A stretch of 64,000 bases of DNA from the human T2T-CHM13v2.0 reference genome, Homo sapiens. The DNA lies in assembly GCF_009914755.1 (NCBI RefSeq), contig NC_060947.1. One strand, written 5' to 3'. Below, piece after piece: positions 37,975 to 64,000 of this stretch. A program made the translations under genes and the position numbers. Numbering within the stretch: position 1 is the first letter of the stretch; each line of letters starts with the position of its first letter. A model generated the notes under the pieces. The model saw only the letters and a list, made by a program, of their open reading frames with translations, searched no databases and had not been told where the DNA came from.

Positions 37975-38216
37975 CTGCAAGGGAAACAGGATGAGAAGGT
38001 GTCACTAAGACATTTATCCGAAGGCTAGCCATATTCCCTACCTCCAAGCTCTCCAAAGGTACTCTCATTGGTCTTCCTGCTTCTAGCTTTTTATGAAGCC
38101 AGATTTTGCTTGCCATCACATAAGAACCTAATTCACCAATGCTCAAAGCACACACTGATTAAAGGATAAAGGTAAACCTCCCAGAGGGAAAAAGAAAAAA
38201 AATGTGAACCTCCTTT

Positions 38217-39280
<1,064 letters not shown>

Positions 39281-40761
39281 AGTTAATCTCCCTGAACTGG
39301 CATTTAAGTTTGTCCCATATTCTGCTTCTGGCCCACTTACCTCTCCAACCTTATTTCCACATCCATATTCTCAGCTTCTCCAGACGGATGGCTTCCTTAT
39401 TACATCTCCAGAGTGTGTACAGCTCATCCTCTCTCCCTATGCTTTCATCCTCAAAATCCACACCACCTAGAGTACTATCTTCCTTTTTGTCTGCCTATTC
39501 AAAACCTACCCATTCTTTAAGGTAAGCTGAAATCAATCTCCTACACAAAACCTCTTTGGTTCCACTGATCTCTTTTTCCTTTGAACTTATGATCTGTATA
39601 AATTACTTGATACATAGCACATACCACCTTGTCTCATTCTCTAATGCTGATGTGTTATTCTGTCTACCAGCCAGGCTATGAGTTCCTGAAGAAGACCACC
39701 CTCTTGCATGACTCTTTTATAATGCCTTACCAACCTGAAATAAAAAAATACTCATCCCACCATTTCAAAAGGAAGTGTATTTCAGGATAACCAAACAGCC
39801 CTAAATGATGAGAGACAGCTCTTCTTTACAGAAGAAAGCCAGCTACTAAATGTAGAAGGAATGACAGAATTAGAAAACCACAAGCTGGCAAGTCCTAATG
39901 AAACAATTGATTCTAGGGAATTGGATATTCACACAGCACCAAAATATTACCCATTCACCTCAAGAAGAAAAAACTTATAATGATGAGATCAAGAGATTAC
40001 CACTTTAAGTATGAACTTTACTGTCACTAATAGTGAGAAAGCACAACACAACTTCACACGCCTCTTGATGAGAAGCAATAGGAAATTCACATCACCTGAG
40101 AAGTAGTTTTGTTGAAGAGCTAAAATATAGCAAGCCATTCATATTACTTTCAGTGTTTAGGAAACAGGTACAGAAAAACAAATGACACCAGAAGAAAACA
40201 AGCAGACATTCTACAAGATAAACTGGCTTAGTCTCTTTAAAAAGACAATGTCACAAGTAAGCAAACAGACAAATCTAGAAGGTAGGACATGCTACAGGGC
40301 AATTACACCAGTGTCAACAACAAATCAATAGCACAGAACAAAAAAGGGGAGAGTGCTCTAGATTGAGAGGGTTAAAAGGCATTCAAATGCCACATGGACC
40401 CTGTTTAGACCCTGATTTAAACAAATCTAATATAAAAACACCTTTTCATGGTTTGACAATTTAGGAAATTTGATTATGGACTTGGAATTATATAAAGAAT
40501 TATCAAATTATTGTTAGTTTTGTTATGTATAATAACAGGTTGTAAGGTTTGGTGAGAAAATATCCACTTTTTAGAAATACATACTGAAATACTTGGGGGA
40601 AACAGCATAATAACTGGGGTTTGCTTTCAAGCAAAGAAAAAAATTTTAAAAACAAGATAGTGATAAATGAAGCCAATACGGCAATATATTAATAACTGTT
40701 CATTCTCACTGGTGGATATATAGGAGCTCAATGAACTATTCTATTTTTATTTATTTTTTGA

Positions 40762-40866
<105 letters not shown>

Positions 40867-40869
40867 TGA

Positions 40870-41058
<189 letters not shown>

Positions 41059-41319
41059 TAATGTCACAGAAAAAAGATGTGGTGGTACTGCTGACCTAGA
41101 TTTAAACTCCTTGGTTAGCTATTGCTATTATAAAGGAGAATTTCTGGATAAGCAGTATGCAGATTCTAGAACAAGCAATTCGGAAGGCTGAAATTCTTTC
41201 TTTAAAGGTAACATTTGTTTAAAACATGATCTGAAGCAAATTTACCAAAAGTTGACGCATAATTTTCAGTCATGGATACTTGGATCTCTTTTATATTGTT
41301 CTCTATAGTTTTGTATGTG

Positions 41320-41830
41320 TGGTGGTTTTAAAACATGACCCCAAATCCCATGACACCTTTCCTACTGATAGGTGAGATCTGTGCCCCACTCTTGAATCTA
41401 AGCAGGCTTATTTGCAAGCTATAGAATATGGTATAAATGACACTATATGACTTTTGAGGCAAGGTCAGTAAAGGCAATTTCAGTTTCCACACTGCTTGTT
41501 GGAACACTCATGCTTTTAGCAATCTGAACCGCCATGTAAAAAGTTTGATTGCCTTGAGGCTGCTGAGCAGTGAGGAAGCTAGTCACATGGAGAGGCCACA
41601 TGTTGGCACTTTCAGTCTTTTGTGTCCTCCCAGGCCAGGCATCAAACATGTAAGTGAAAGACTTCAGATGACTCAAACTCTTGGCCAACAAGTCACCCCC
41701 AGCCTTCAAAGTTTTTCCAGCTGAGACCCCAGACTTCATGCAGTAGAGACAAGTTGTCGCCATTGTGCCATTTCCAAATTCCTGACCCACAGAATACATG
41801 AACATAAGAAAATGGTGGTTGTTTTAAGCT
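41320..41830 (+). mobile_element. MLT1-type MaLR LTR
   Basis: MLT1 motifs such as ccaaattcctgacccacagaa and ggttgttttaagc. Similar elements at about 24370-24770, 51300-51650 and 55548-56045. Confidence 0.65.
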
Positions 41831-42599
41831 GGGGAAAAAAGAACCCTCCTTGATTAGACCTGGGTTTTGGGAGGGAAAAAAACCTATAAAAGATATTTTG
41901 TGTAAACAGTTGGGGAAATTTGGTTATGAACTGGGTATTTGAAGATCTTAGGGAATTATTACTAACTTTGGTAAGTATAAAAAAAAGTAGTGTGGTTACA
42001 CCGGGGAATGGCGGATGTCCTTATTTAATTTTTTTGAGATGGAGTCTCACAGTCACGCAGTGGCGTGACCTCTACTCACTGCAACCTCCACCTCCTGGGT
42101 TCAAGTGATTCTTCTTTCTCAGCCTCCCAAGTAGCTGGGATAACAGGCACCCACCACCCCGCCCGGCTAATTTTTGTATTTTTAGTAGAGATGGGGTTTC
42201 ACCATGTTGGCCAGGCTGGTCTTAAACTCCTGACCTCAAATGATCCACCTGCCTCGGTGTCCCAAAGTGCTGGGATTACAGGCGTGAACCATCGGGTAAA
42301 ATATGTTATGATGACTTTGAAGTGGCTCAGCAAAAACTATAGATAGCCAGATAGATACAGATAGAGGAATCAAGCAACTATAGCAAAATGTTACAACTAT
42401 AGAATCTGAGTATTAAGACTATGGGTATTCAGGTGCTATCCCTTCTACTTTTACATATGTTTAAAAATTGTCGGCCGGGCACGGTGGCTCACGCCTGTAA
42501 TCTCAGCACTTTGAGAGGCCGAGGTGGGTGGATCACCTGAGGTCAGGAGTTCGAGACCAGTCTGACCAACATGGAGAAACCCTGTCTCTACTAAAATTA

Positions 42600-42851
<252 letters not shown>

Positions 42852-43380
42852 TCAGGAGTTTGAGACCAGGCTGGCCAACATGGTGAAACCCTGTCTCTAC
42901 TAAAAATACAAAAAAATTAGCCAGGTGTGGTGGCACGTGCCTGTAATCCCAGCTACTTGGGAAGCTTAGGCAGGAGAATCACTTGAACCCCGAGGGCAGA
43001 GATTGCAGTGAGCTGAGATCGCGCTACTGCACTTCAGCCTGGGCGACAGAGTGAGACTCTGTCTCAAAAAATAAAATAAAATTGTCATATTAACAAATTT
43101 TAAATAATGAACAAGACTAAGAGCTTATAATAACCAAATGCATTGTGTAATCCTTGAATGGATTCTGGTTTAAGTAAGCCAATTACAAAAGATATTTTTG
43201 GTGCAACTGGGGGAAATTTGAATAAGTACATGGTACTAGATGATATTAAGAAATAAATGTTGGCCGGGCGCTGTGGCTCATGCCTGTAATCCCAGCACTT
43301 TGGGAGGCCAAGGTGGGTGGATCAGGAGGTCAGGAGATCAAGACCATCCTGGCTAACACAGTGAAACCCCGTCTCTACTA

Positions 43381-43613
<233 letters not shown>

Positions 43614-43669
43614 TTATGGAAGAAAATATCATTCAATGCATATTTAAGTATTAAGGATGAGATGTTATG

Positions 43670-48431
<4,762 letters not shown>

Positions 48432-50404
48432 TTATGTTTGAAAACTTTCATAACAAAAATTTTTTAAAAGGAAAAGTATTTACCGACTGTTCTGGTGCTT
48501 ATGATTACTGTAGCACTATAGTATATTTCATTTACTTTCTCTATCCCAATATTCTTTAAGCTAATTATACCTGTTTACTTTTTAAATTACTTTTAGAATG
48601 AATTCCCCACAAAATTCCATTAGGATTTTGATTTAGGCTAGTGTTAAATGTATACATTAATTTGGAAGGAAATGACTCTTTACAACACTCAGTCTTTATA
48701 ACCAGGCATATGGGAAATCTCTATTTCTTCATGTCGGTTCCACACTATCTTCTTACAATTATTCTTGCATATTTTATATGTTTGTTGCTATTGTCAATAG
48801 CATTTCTTTTTCTCAGTACATTATGGTTATTACTAATATAGTACTTCTTGATTTTTGGATAGCTGGTATATATCCAATGATTTACCCAATTTACTGAATT
48901 CTCTTATCAGTATTAGCAGTTTTTAGTTGATTCTCTTTCATTTTCTGATATTACATAATTATATCATATCTCTATTTTTATTTCTATTTTTTGTAGAGAC
49001 AGGGTCTTACTATGTGGCCCAGGCTGGTCTTGAACTCCTAGGCTCAAACAATCCTCCCATCTTACCTTTCCAAAGTGCTAGGATTACAGGCATTAACCAC
49101 CATGCTCAGCCCCATACCTGTGTTTTCTATATCGATTATACAATTATATCTTATCTTTCACTCATCAAATATTTGTTAAACATCTCCTACAGGCCAGGCA
49201 CTAGGCAAAGTGCTACAGATACAATGATGGCCAAAAGTGAACAGGATTCTCACCCTACTGGCTCACATCATGATTTGGTCTCTTCTTTTCTTTTTTTTTT
49301 TTTTTTTTTTTAATTTCTGCTTTACTTCTAATTACACTGGCATGAACTTCTAGAACAATACTAAATAATAGCAGTGTTAGTGGGCACATTAGTCTTATTC
49401 CTGATCTTAATGGGAATCCCCTTAGTAGAATGCCTTAGTAGAATGCATCTTTTGAGTTAAGAACTCACTTTGAAAATGTGATAAAAATTACTAAAGAAAT
49501 ATACATACATAGATGCATGCATTTACATAAAATTTCAATAGAATATTAATAGGAGATTCAAAGGTCCATGAACACCAGTTGATGCATCTGTGCTCTACAG
49601 TTTCATCCTATTGGGTTAAACTTGGTGTTCTTCTTCATTTTAAAGAACTATCTTTTTAGTTAACTAAAAGCCACTTTTTAAAAGTTTGCAGTTTTTTGGC
49701 TGGGCGTGGTAGCTCACACCTGTAATTCTCAGCACTTTGGGAGGCTGAGGCGGGCTAATCACTTGAGGTCAGGAGTTTGAGACCAGCCTAGCCAACATGG
49801 TAAAATCCCATCTCTACTAAAAATACAAAAATTAGCCAGGCATGGTGGTGGCGGGTGCTTTTAATCCCAGCTTCTTGGGAGGCTGAGGCAGCAGAATCGC
49901 TTGAACCTGGGAGGCGGAGGTTGTAGTGAGCAGAGATCATGCTACTACACTCCAGCCTGGGCAACAGAGTGAGACTCTGCCTCAAAATAAAAAAGTCTGT
50001 GGTTTTTCTAAGTCATAAATAGGTAGTGAATAAGTGAAATACCAGCACAAGAGCAGACAGAACTTTGATGGTACAAAATGGATGTGCCTCAAACAACCCA
50101 TGATACGTATGAGTCAGTACACATGGCAAAGAAAGCATTTTCAGCTTAGTGGGAATGTGATTCTAGCACCAACAGTCATCTTTTTGGGGGGAATACCAAT
50201 TTATATCTTCTGCTCAGTACCATATATTAAGCAATTCTTTGTAGATCAACACATTAGATATTTAAAAATTATGCTTAAAAAATACAAGGGTGTTAATTAT
50301 CTACTCTCTGAATATGCAAACAAATGATCAACACTTGATACTGAAATATTCAAATTTTCCTGTAGAATGAGGAAGAAGTACAAGCACATTATAAGTATAA
50401 AATA

Positions 50405-50442
<38 letters not shown>
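50405..50442. repeat. (TG)n microsatellite, read as (CA)n on the PHF8 pre-mRNA
   Basis: Direct reading of the sequence. Confidence 0.95.
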
Positions 50443-50446
<4 letters not shown>

Positions 50447-50863
50447 AAACAAAGGATGACTATTCCCTTACTATATAAAATGGGCAACTCGAAAACCTTG
50501 AAGAACCACATGGATAAGTGGGCAAAGGATGTAAACAAAATTTACAATGGAAGAAACTCTGATGCTAATAAAACATAGAGGCTATGCTTAATCAAAAAAA
50601 TGTAAATTAAATCAATGAGATACTGTTGTTTGCTTATGAATTACCAAGGATCAAAAATTCATGGTAGAAGCCGGATGTGGTGGCTCACACCTGTAATCCC
50701 AACATTTTGGGAGGCCGAGGTGGATCACCTGAGGTCAGGAGTTCGAGACCAACCTGGCCAACATGGCGAAACCCTGTCTCTACTAAAAATACAAAAAACT
50801 GGCCAGGCGCGGTGGCTCATGCCTGTAATCCCAGCACTTTGGGAGGCTGACATGGGCGGATCA

Positions 50864-51385
<522 letters not shown>

Positions 51386-51704
51386 CTAGATAAAAACTGT
51401 ATCTCCTAGCATCTCTGGCTGATAGTCTTGGCCATCTGACACAATTTCAGCCAAATAGATGTGTAAAAAACGTGGAACTTAAAACTCCTTGGGGAGAGGG
51501 AATGCTCAGCACTCAGCATGCCTGTCCCTTTTTCCTTTTGCTTTTCTCCTTCTTCCTGACTGCAGCCCAGACCCCAATGCTGGAGGTGAAGTAGCCATCT
51601 TGTGACTCTGAGAGAACAAGCACTCACTAAGGATGCTTGAGACATTACTCATAATCAAATACTACTCCTAACTGGTGTGTTCAATGCCTGCATACATTTC
51701 ATAA

Positions 51705-52055
<351 letters not shown>

Positions 52056-52353
52056 TGAGCCACCGTGCCTGGCCCAGATGTATTCTTAAGAGAGAAAAGC
52101 AAAGCACATAACAGCGTATAAAATACGTTTCCAACTGAGTTAAAAAAAAAAGGAGGGGGAGGTAGGAAAACATATACATGCATTTGCTTGTATATGTGCA
52201 AACTGTCTCTGAGAAGATAAATGAAAAAACTGATGGCCGGGCGTAGTGGCTCATGCCTGTAATCCCAGCACTTTGGGAGGCCGAGGCGGGCGGATCACGA
52301 GGTCAGGAGATCGAGACCATCCTGGCTAACACGGTGAAACCCCATCTCTACTA

Positions 52354-52618
<265 letters not shown>

Positions 52619-53003
52619 TCACATACTTTGGCCCCTCTAAGGTTTCATGGTGATCCATCCTGAGTAAATAATCAGAGATATAAACATTTACATATAAAGA
52701 TATTGACTCCAAATGTACTAATTGTAAAAACTTGAAAATAGCCTATATGTTAGAAATTACATATATATTAGGTATATCCATGGAACTGATATCTTGTAGC
52801 CATTAAAAATATTATTTATAAACAATGGCATAGGAACATGCTTATGATATAATATTAACTTAAAAGACCAGATGTCTCTATTGGTTTTCGATATTTACAG
52901 TTAATTTCTAGTCAATGTAGAGTAGTAACAACAATGTATATGTTAATAAACTTGACAGCATAAACAAAAATTTATGGTTCACAGAAGGTTACAAAAGGGA
53001 ATG

Positions 53004-53238
53004 TACCCCTCCCCTATAAATGTACCTTTTACTTAATCCATACTCAACTCCAAGAGTCTCTGAATGTACCACATACAATTTCATGCCCTTCTACTTTGCA
53101 TCCTTGCGGCAAATGTCCTTCTAGATTCACCTAATTCTGATTCATTCACACAACATCCATTTAGTGTGGTGAATAACTTCATGAGTTACTTTACTAACTC
53201 ACCCTTCAAAATTCAGCTTTAGATTTACTTCCCACAAG
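53004..53238 (+). repeat. Dispersed copy of intronic segment 56754-56985, flanked by 25-bp direct repeats
   Basis: Near-identical ~235-bp match. Flanks atggttcacagaaggttacaaaagg at 52974-52998 and 53246-53270. Confidence 0.93.
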
Positions 53239-53407
53239 GGAAAAAATGGTTCACAGAAGGTTACAAAAGGACCCTATGGATGTAGGGTCACCAACAACTG
53301 TATCTTACAAAGTAGGTAATCAAGAGAGATTGACGGCCTGTAATCACAGCACTCTGGGAGGCCGAGGCAGATGGATCACTTGAGGTCAGGAGTTCGAGAC
53401 CAGCCTA

Positions 53408-53641
<234 letters not shown>

Positions 53642-53770
53642 TTAAAGGAGAAATAGACTTCATAAACCAAGAAAGGGTGGCATACTTCTCTTGAGTTTTG
53701 GAGGCATCTACCAGGAAACGAAAACCATGAGGTTGTCTCTTGGGAACGGGATTGCAGGTGGGGAAAGTAG

Positions 53771-54016
<246 letters not shown>

Positions 54017-54342
54017 TAGCCAGGATGGTCTCGATCTCCTGACCTTGTGATCCACCCGCCTCGGCCTCCCAAAGTGCTGGGATTACAGGCGTGAGCCACC
54101 GCACCTGGCCTAATTTCTCTATACTTTTTGATATGCTACACCCACTACTTTGATCAAAAGCTCAAACAAAATTTTAAAGTACAGTGCATAATTGTATACA
54201 TGTGGCCAGGCGTGGTGGCTCATACCTGTAATTCCAGCACTTTGGGAGGCTGAAGCGGGCAGATCATGAGGTCAGGAGTTCAAGACCAGCCTGGCCAACA
54301 TGGTGAAACCCCATCTCTACTAAAAATACAAAAAATTAGTCA

Positions 54343-54468
<126 letters not shown>

Positions 54469-55042
54469 CTAGACTCCATTTAAAAAAAATTTAAAAAAAA
54501 ATTTAAAAAATTGTACACACATGTGATTTAAACAATAAAAATTAAAAAATGTATAGGGAAAAGACTATAAAGAAACATGTCAAAATGTTAACATTGGTTG
54601 CTTCTGGGTGGCGGACTCGTGGGTGGTTCCTTCTTCATAATTCCCTTTATTTTCAATATTTTCTAAATTTTCTACTGTGCTAACCAGAAAAATTTACTTT
54701 GACAGGAAAAATAAACCTGGAAATGATAGAAGAAAATAAAATTTAAAAATAGGCCTAAGTTTTCTTTTTTTTTTTGAGATGGAGTCTCGCTCTGTTGCCC
54801 AGGCTGGAGTGCAGTGGCATGGTCTCGGCTCAGTGCAACCTCCGCTTTCCGAGGTTCAAGCAATTCTCGTGCCTCAGCCTCTCGAGTAGCTGGGACTAAA
54901 CGCACATGCCACCACATGCAGCTGATTTTTGTATTTTTAGTAGAGATGGGGTTTTACCATGTTGGCCAGGCTGGTCTCAAACTCCTGACCTCAAGTGATC
55001 CACCCGCCTCAGCCTCCCAAAATGTTGGGATTAAAGGCATGA

Positions 55043-55366
<324 letters not shown>

Positions 55367-56579
55367 TAAAAAGAAACATTTACTGATTAACTCACTAACA
55401 TAACACTTCTGAGGAATGCCCTGCTACCCCTATGTCACCCCCTCGACCTCAAGCAAACACCAAAAAGTCTAAATAAGGCAGGGTGAGAAGAGCAAGCCCT
55501 TTATCTGCTGGGGAACCACAGGTACTGAAATCCCAATGACCTCTATGGCAGACTGTTGCAGTAATGGCCTTCAGTGTGCTCATGTATCCTCGTATGCATG
55601 ATACTTTGCGATGTGACTTTGCAGTTCTCCTCTCAAAAGGTGCAATCTATTTCCCAACCATGGGATCAAGGCTTGGCCACGTAACTTGTTTTAGTCAATG
55701 GGACAACAGTAAATATGACTTAAGCAAAGGCTTGAAAAGTGCTTGCACATTGGGGCTTGTCCTCTCTTGCTGCTAGAAACCTTTCTGCCACCTTGTGGAA
55801 AAGCTTGGTAGACTAAAGACCATGTAGAGAGAAGCCTTGGCCATCTTAGATAGTAGGTCTTAGTAGGACTTAGATAGTAGGTCTGAGACACCTGAAGGAG
55901 AACTTTTGAGACCATTCAGCCCCAGGGAATCTGGCCTAGACTAGAAGAACAGCTCAGCCAACCTACAGAATTATGAAAAATTATTAACTGTTATTTTAAG
56001 CCACTAAGTTTTGGGCAGACTGTTAAGCAGCAAAAACTAACTGAAGGATGCATCCTCAGTGTGAATACTATCCAGCCAAGGAGACGAAGAAAATTCTTCC
56101 ATTATCCTCTAAACTCCATGTTCAACTCAGTGGTCATTCTTCCCTCCTCAGAGATGGCCTCTCAGTATAGGTGATAATCTTGGGCCTTATAGAGCTCAAC
56201 AGTCAGCAGAATTTCCCTCCTTGACAACAAAACTACCAGAGTACTGGGATGATGGTATCAGAACGTTCTCAGAAGCCTCAGACTGCTTGCTAAAATCTGT
56301 TCAAGGTCTTCCTTTCACCTCAAACCATATAATATCAAATGCAATATGCTCCATTACCTCTGATTTTATTGGACTAATTACATAAACTCTGTGTCTTATT
56401 AGTCATTTTAGCTCCAGAACCTAACACAGTGCCTGACACACAGCAGACACTCAACAAATGTTTGCTGAATAAACAAATGAGTGACTGAATCAGGTCTTCT
56501 GATATTAAATATCCCACCTACCTTGTCTATTTTCTCCTGACCACCCCTACAGAGTTTAAGGGACAAAATACTAGATTAC

Positions 56580-56675
56580 CTTTAGGACTCCATGGAGCAT
56601 CATCTGAATTCTTCTTTTTCTTGGGTCGAGATTTCAAAGCAGGGTCATCATCATCAGACTCCAGTGAAGGATAGA
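56580..56675 (-). CDS. PHF8: PHF8 coding exon (96 nt, phase 1-1), [32 protein letters not shown]
   Basis: Acceptor ttctccctgcag| and donor AAG|gtaatc on the minus strand. The peptide matches the recalled PHF8 C-terminal region, with an acidic patch, a basic NLS-like RPKKKK and a CDK-type SPK site. It splices in frame to the 37974 exon. Confidence 0.96.
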
Positions 56676-57274
56676 CTGCAGGGAGAAGGGAAAACAGGGT
56701 AAAATGAGATTTCATCCAAAGGGTGAAGATAGAATGACACCTACTCCAGCTCCTGCCCTTCCCCTACAAATGTACCTTTTACTTAATCCATACTCAACTC
56801 CAAGAGTCTCTGAATGTACCACATACATTTCATGCCCTTCTACTTTGCATCCTTGCAGCAAATGTCCTTCTCCTAGATTCACCTAATTCTGATTCATTCA
56901 CCCAACATCCATTTAGTGAATAACTTCATGAGTTACTTTACTTACTCACCCTTCAAAATTCAGCTTTAGATGTACTTTCCACAAGAACTCTTCCCTCCCT
57001 CTCCTAATCATGATTGAGATGCCTCCTACTTGGCTCTCCATAGCTTCCTGTGCATCCCTCTACTGAAGCTGTTATATGGTATTTAAGAGCTGATTAGCAA
57101 ATCTGTTGCCTCCAATTTACCATAAGGGCAGGAATATGTATTATTTATTTCAAATTAAGGGAGCCTACTAGCACACTGAAGCACAAGTTCTCAGTAACTG
57201 TTTACTAAGTGAATGAAGAAATAAACAGTACATACTTAATGCACACAAAGGGAACAAAAAGATCACCTGGGCTG

Positions 57275-58125
57275 AAAAAAACAAACAATCCCATCAAAAA
57301 GTGGGTGAAGGATATGAACAGACACTTCTCAAAAGAAGACATTTATCCAGCCAACAAACATATGAAAAAATACTCATCATCACTGGTCATTAGAGAAATG
57401 CAAATCGAAACCACAATGAGATACCATCTCAAGCCAGTTAGAATGGTGATCATTAAAAAGTCAGGAAACAACAGATGCTGGAGAGGATGTGGAGAAATAG
57501 GAATGCTTTTACACTGTTGGTGGGAGTGTAAATTAGTTCAACCACTGTGGAAGACAGTGTGGCGATTCCTCAGGGATCTAGAACGAGAAATACCATTTGA
57601 CCCAGCAATCCCATTACTGGGTATATACCCAGAGGATTATAAATCATTCTACTAGAAAGACACATGCACACGTATGTTTATTGCAGCACTGTACACAATA
57701 GCAAAGACTTGGAACCAACCCAAATGCCCATCACTGATAGACTGGATAGAGAAAATGTGGCACACATATACCATGGAATACTTTGCAGCCATAAAAAGGA
57801 TGAGTTCGTGTCCTTTGCAGGGACATGGATGAAGTTGGAAACCATCATTCTCAGCAAACTAACACAGGACAGAAAACCAAACACCGCATATTCTCATTCA
57901 TAAGTGAGAGTTGAACAATGAGAACACATGAAAACAGGGAGGGAAACATCACACACTGGGGCCTGTGAGGGGGAAGGGGGCTAGGGGAGGGATAGCTTTA
58001 GGAGAAATACCTAATGTAGATGACGGGTTGATGGGTGCAGCAAACCACTATGGCACATGTATACCTATGTAACAAACCTGCACGTTCTGCACATGTATCC
58101 CAGAAACGTATAATTTAAAAAAAGG
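57275..58125 (+). mobile_element. 5'-truncated L1PA (about PA8-PA10) 3' end
   Basis: ORF2 C-terminus (ORF 57209-57655, premature stop) with L1PA 3' UTR and A-tail. Confidence 0.88.
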
Positions 58126-58492
58126 AAAAATAAAAGAAAGTATGGTAGGTACACACAGCAGTTATTATGCAGCCTTAAAAAAAGGAAAGCTATCACATAC
58201 TACAACATGGATGAACATGGAAGATATTATGCTAAGAAAAAAAGGCCAGAACAAATGCTATACAATTCCACTCTTACAAAGTACCTAAAGGTGTCAAAAT
58301 CATAGAAATAGAAAGTAGAGGTCGGGCGCAGTGGCTCATGCCTGTAATCCCTGCACTCTGGGAGGCTGAGGCAGGTGGATCACCTGAGGTCATGAGTTCG
58401 AGACCAGCCTGGCCAACATAACGAAACTCTGTCTCTATTAAAAATACAAAAAAGTAGCTGGGCGTGGTGGCGCGCACCTGTAATCCCAGCTA

Positions 58493-58672
<180 letters not shown>

Positions 58673-58959
58673 TTAGTGTTTAGGGGTATACAGTTTAAGT
58701 GTTGCAAGATGAAAAAGTTACAGAGATCTGTTGCACAACAATGTGAATATACTTAATAGTACTGAACTATACACTTTAAAATGATTAAGATGGTAAATTT
58801 GTCAAGTCTAACGGAGCTTAAAGGTAAATAATGGAAAAAAGATGATAAATTTAATGGTATGTGTTTTTTACCAAAAAAAAAGAACATGCACGTGCACGCG
58901 TGCACACACACACACGCACGCACACACACACGAAGAGGGTGCAGGGAAGGAGGAGTGAC

Positions 58960-64000
<5,041 letters not shown>

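Overview
This is primate (most likely human) genomic DNA, identified from protein-sequence recall as the 3' end of PHF8 (JmjC/PHD histone demethylase, Xp11.22) on the minus strand. Four terminal coding exons splice in frame with GT-AG sites (56675-56580, 37974-37865, 34243-33907, 32973-32885) and lead into a ~2.5 kb 3' UTR. Two alternative C-termini can be read from the sequence: a MIR-derived terminal exon (VKKMKLSLTDSG*) and an intron whose donor overlaps the main stop codon (adding RQVIVQ...DAHP*). The rest of the window is transposon-dense: about 50 Alus, L1, L2 and MIR fragments, a two-LTR MER41A provirus, MER4A1 and MER54 solo LTRs, Tigger1, Tigger2a and MER1B DNA transposons, a full-length intronic SVA, a 5S rRNA pseudogene fused to an Alu, and a BC200 retrocopy. 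I found no new multi-gene system. The most notable signals are unusual insertion or repair structures (a templated local insertion with a 25-bp flanking repeat, a ~190-bp duplication around an AluY, an L1 micro-transduction, extended LTR ends, two Alus at the same site in a duplicated Tigger1 segment) and PHF8 3'-end isoform switching. Repeat subfamily calls come from recalled consensus sequences, and boundaries of old repeats are approximate.
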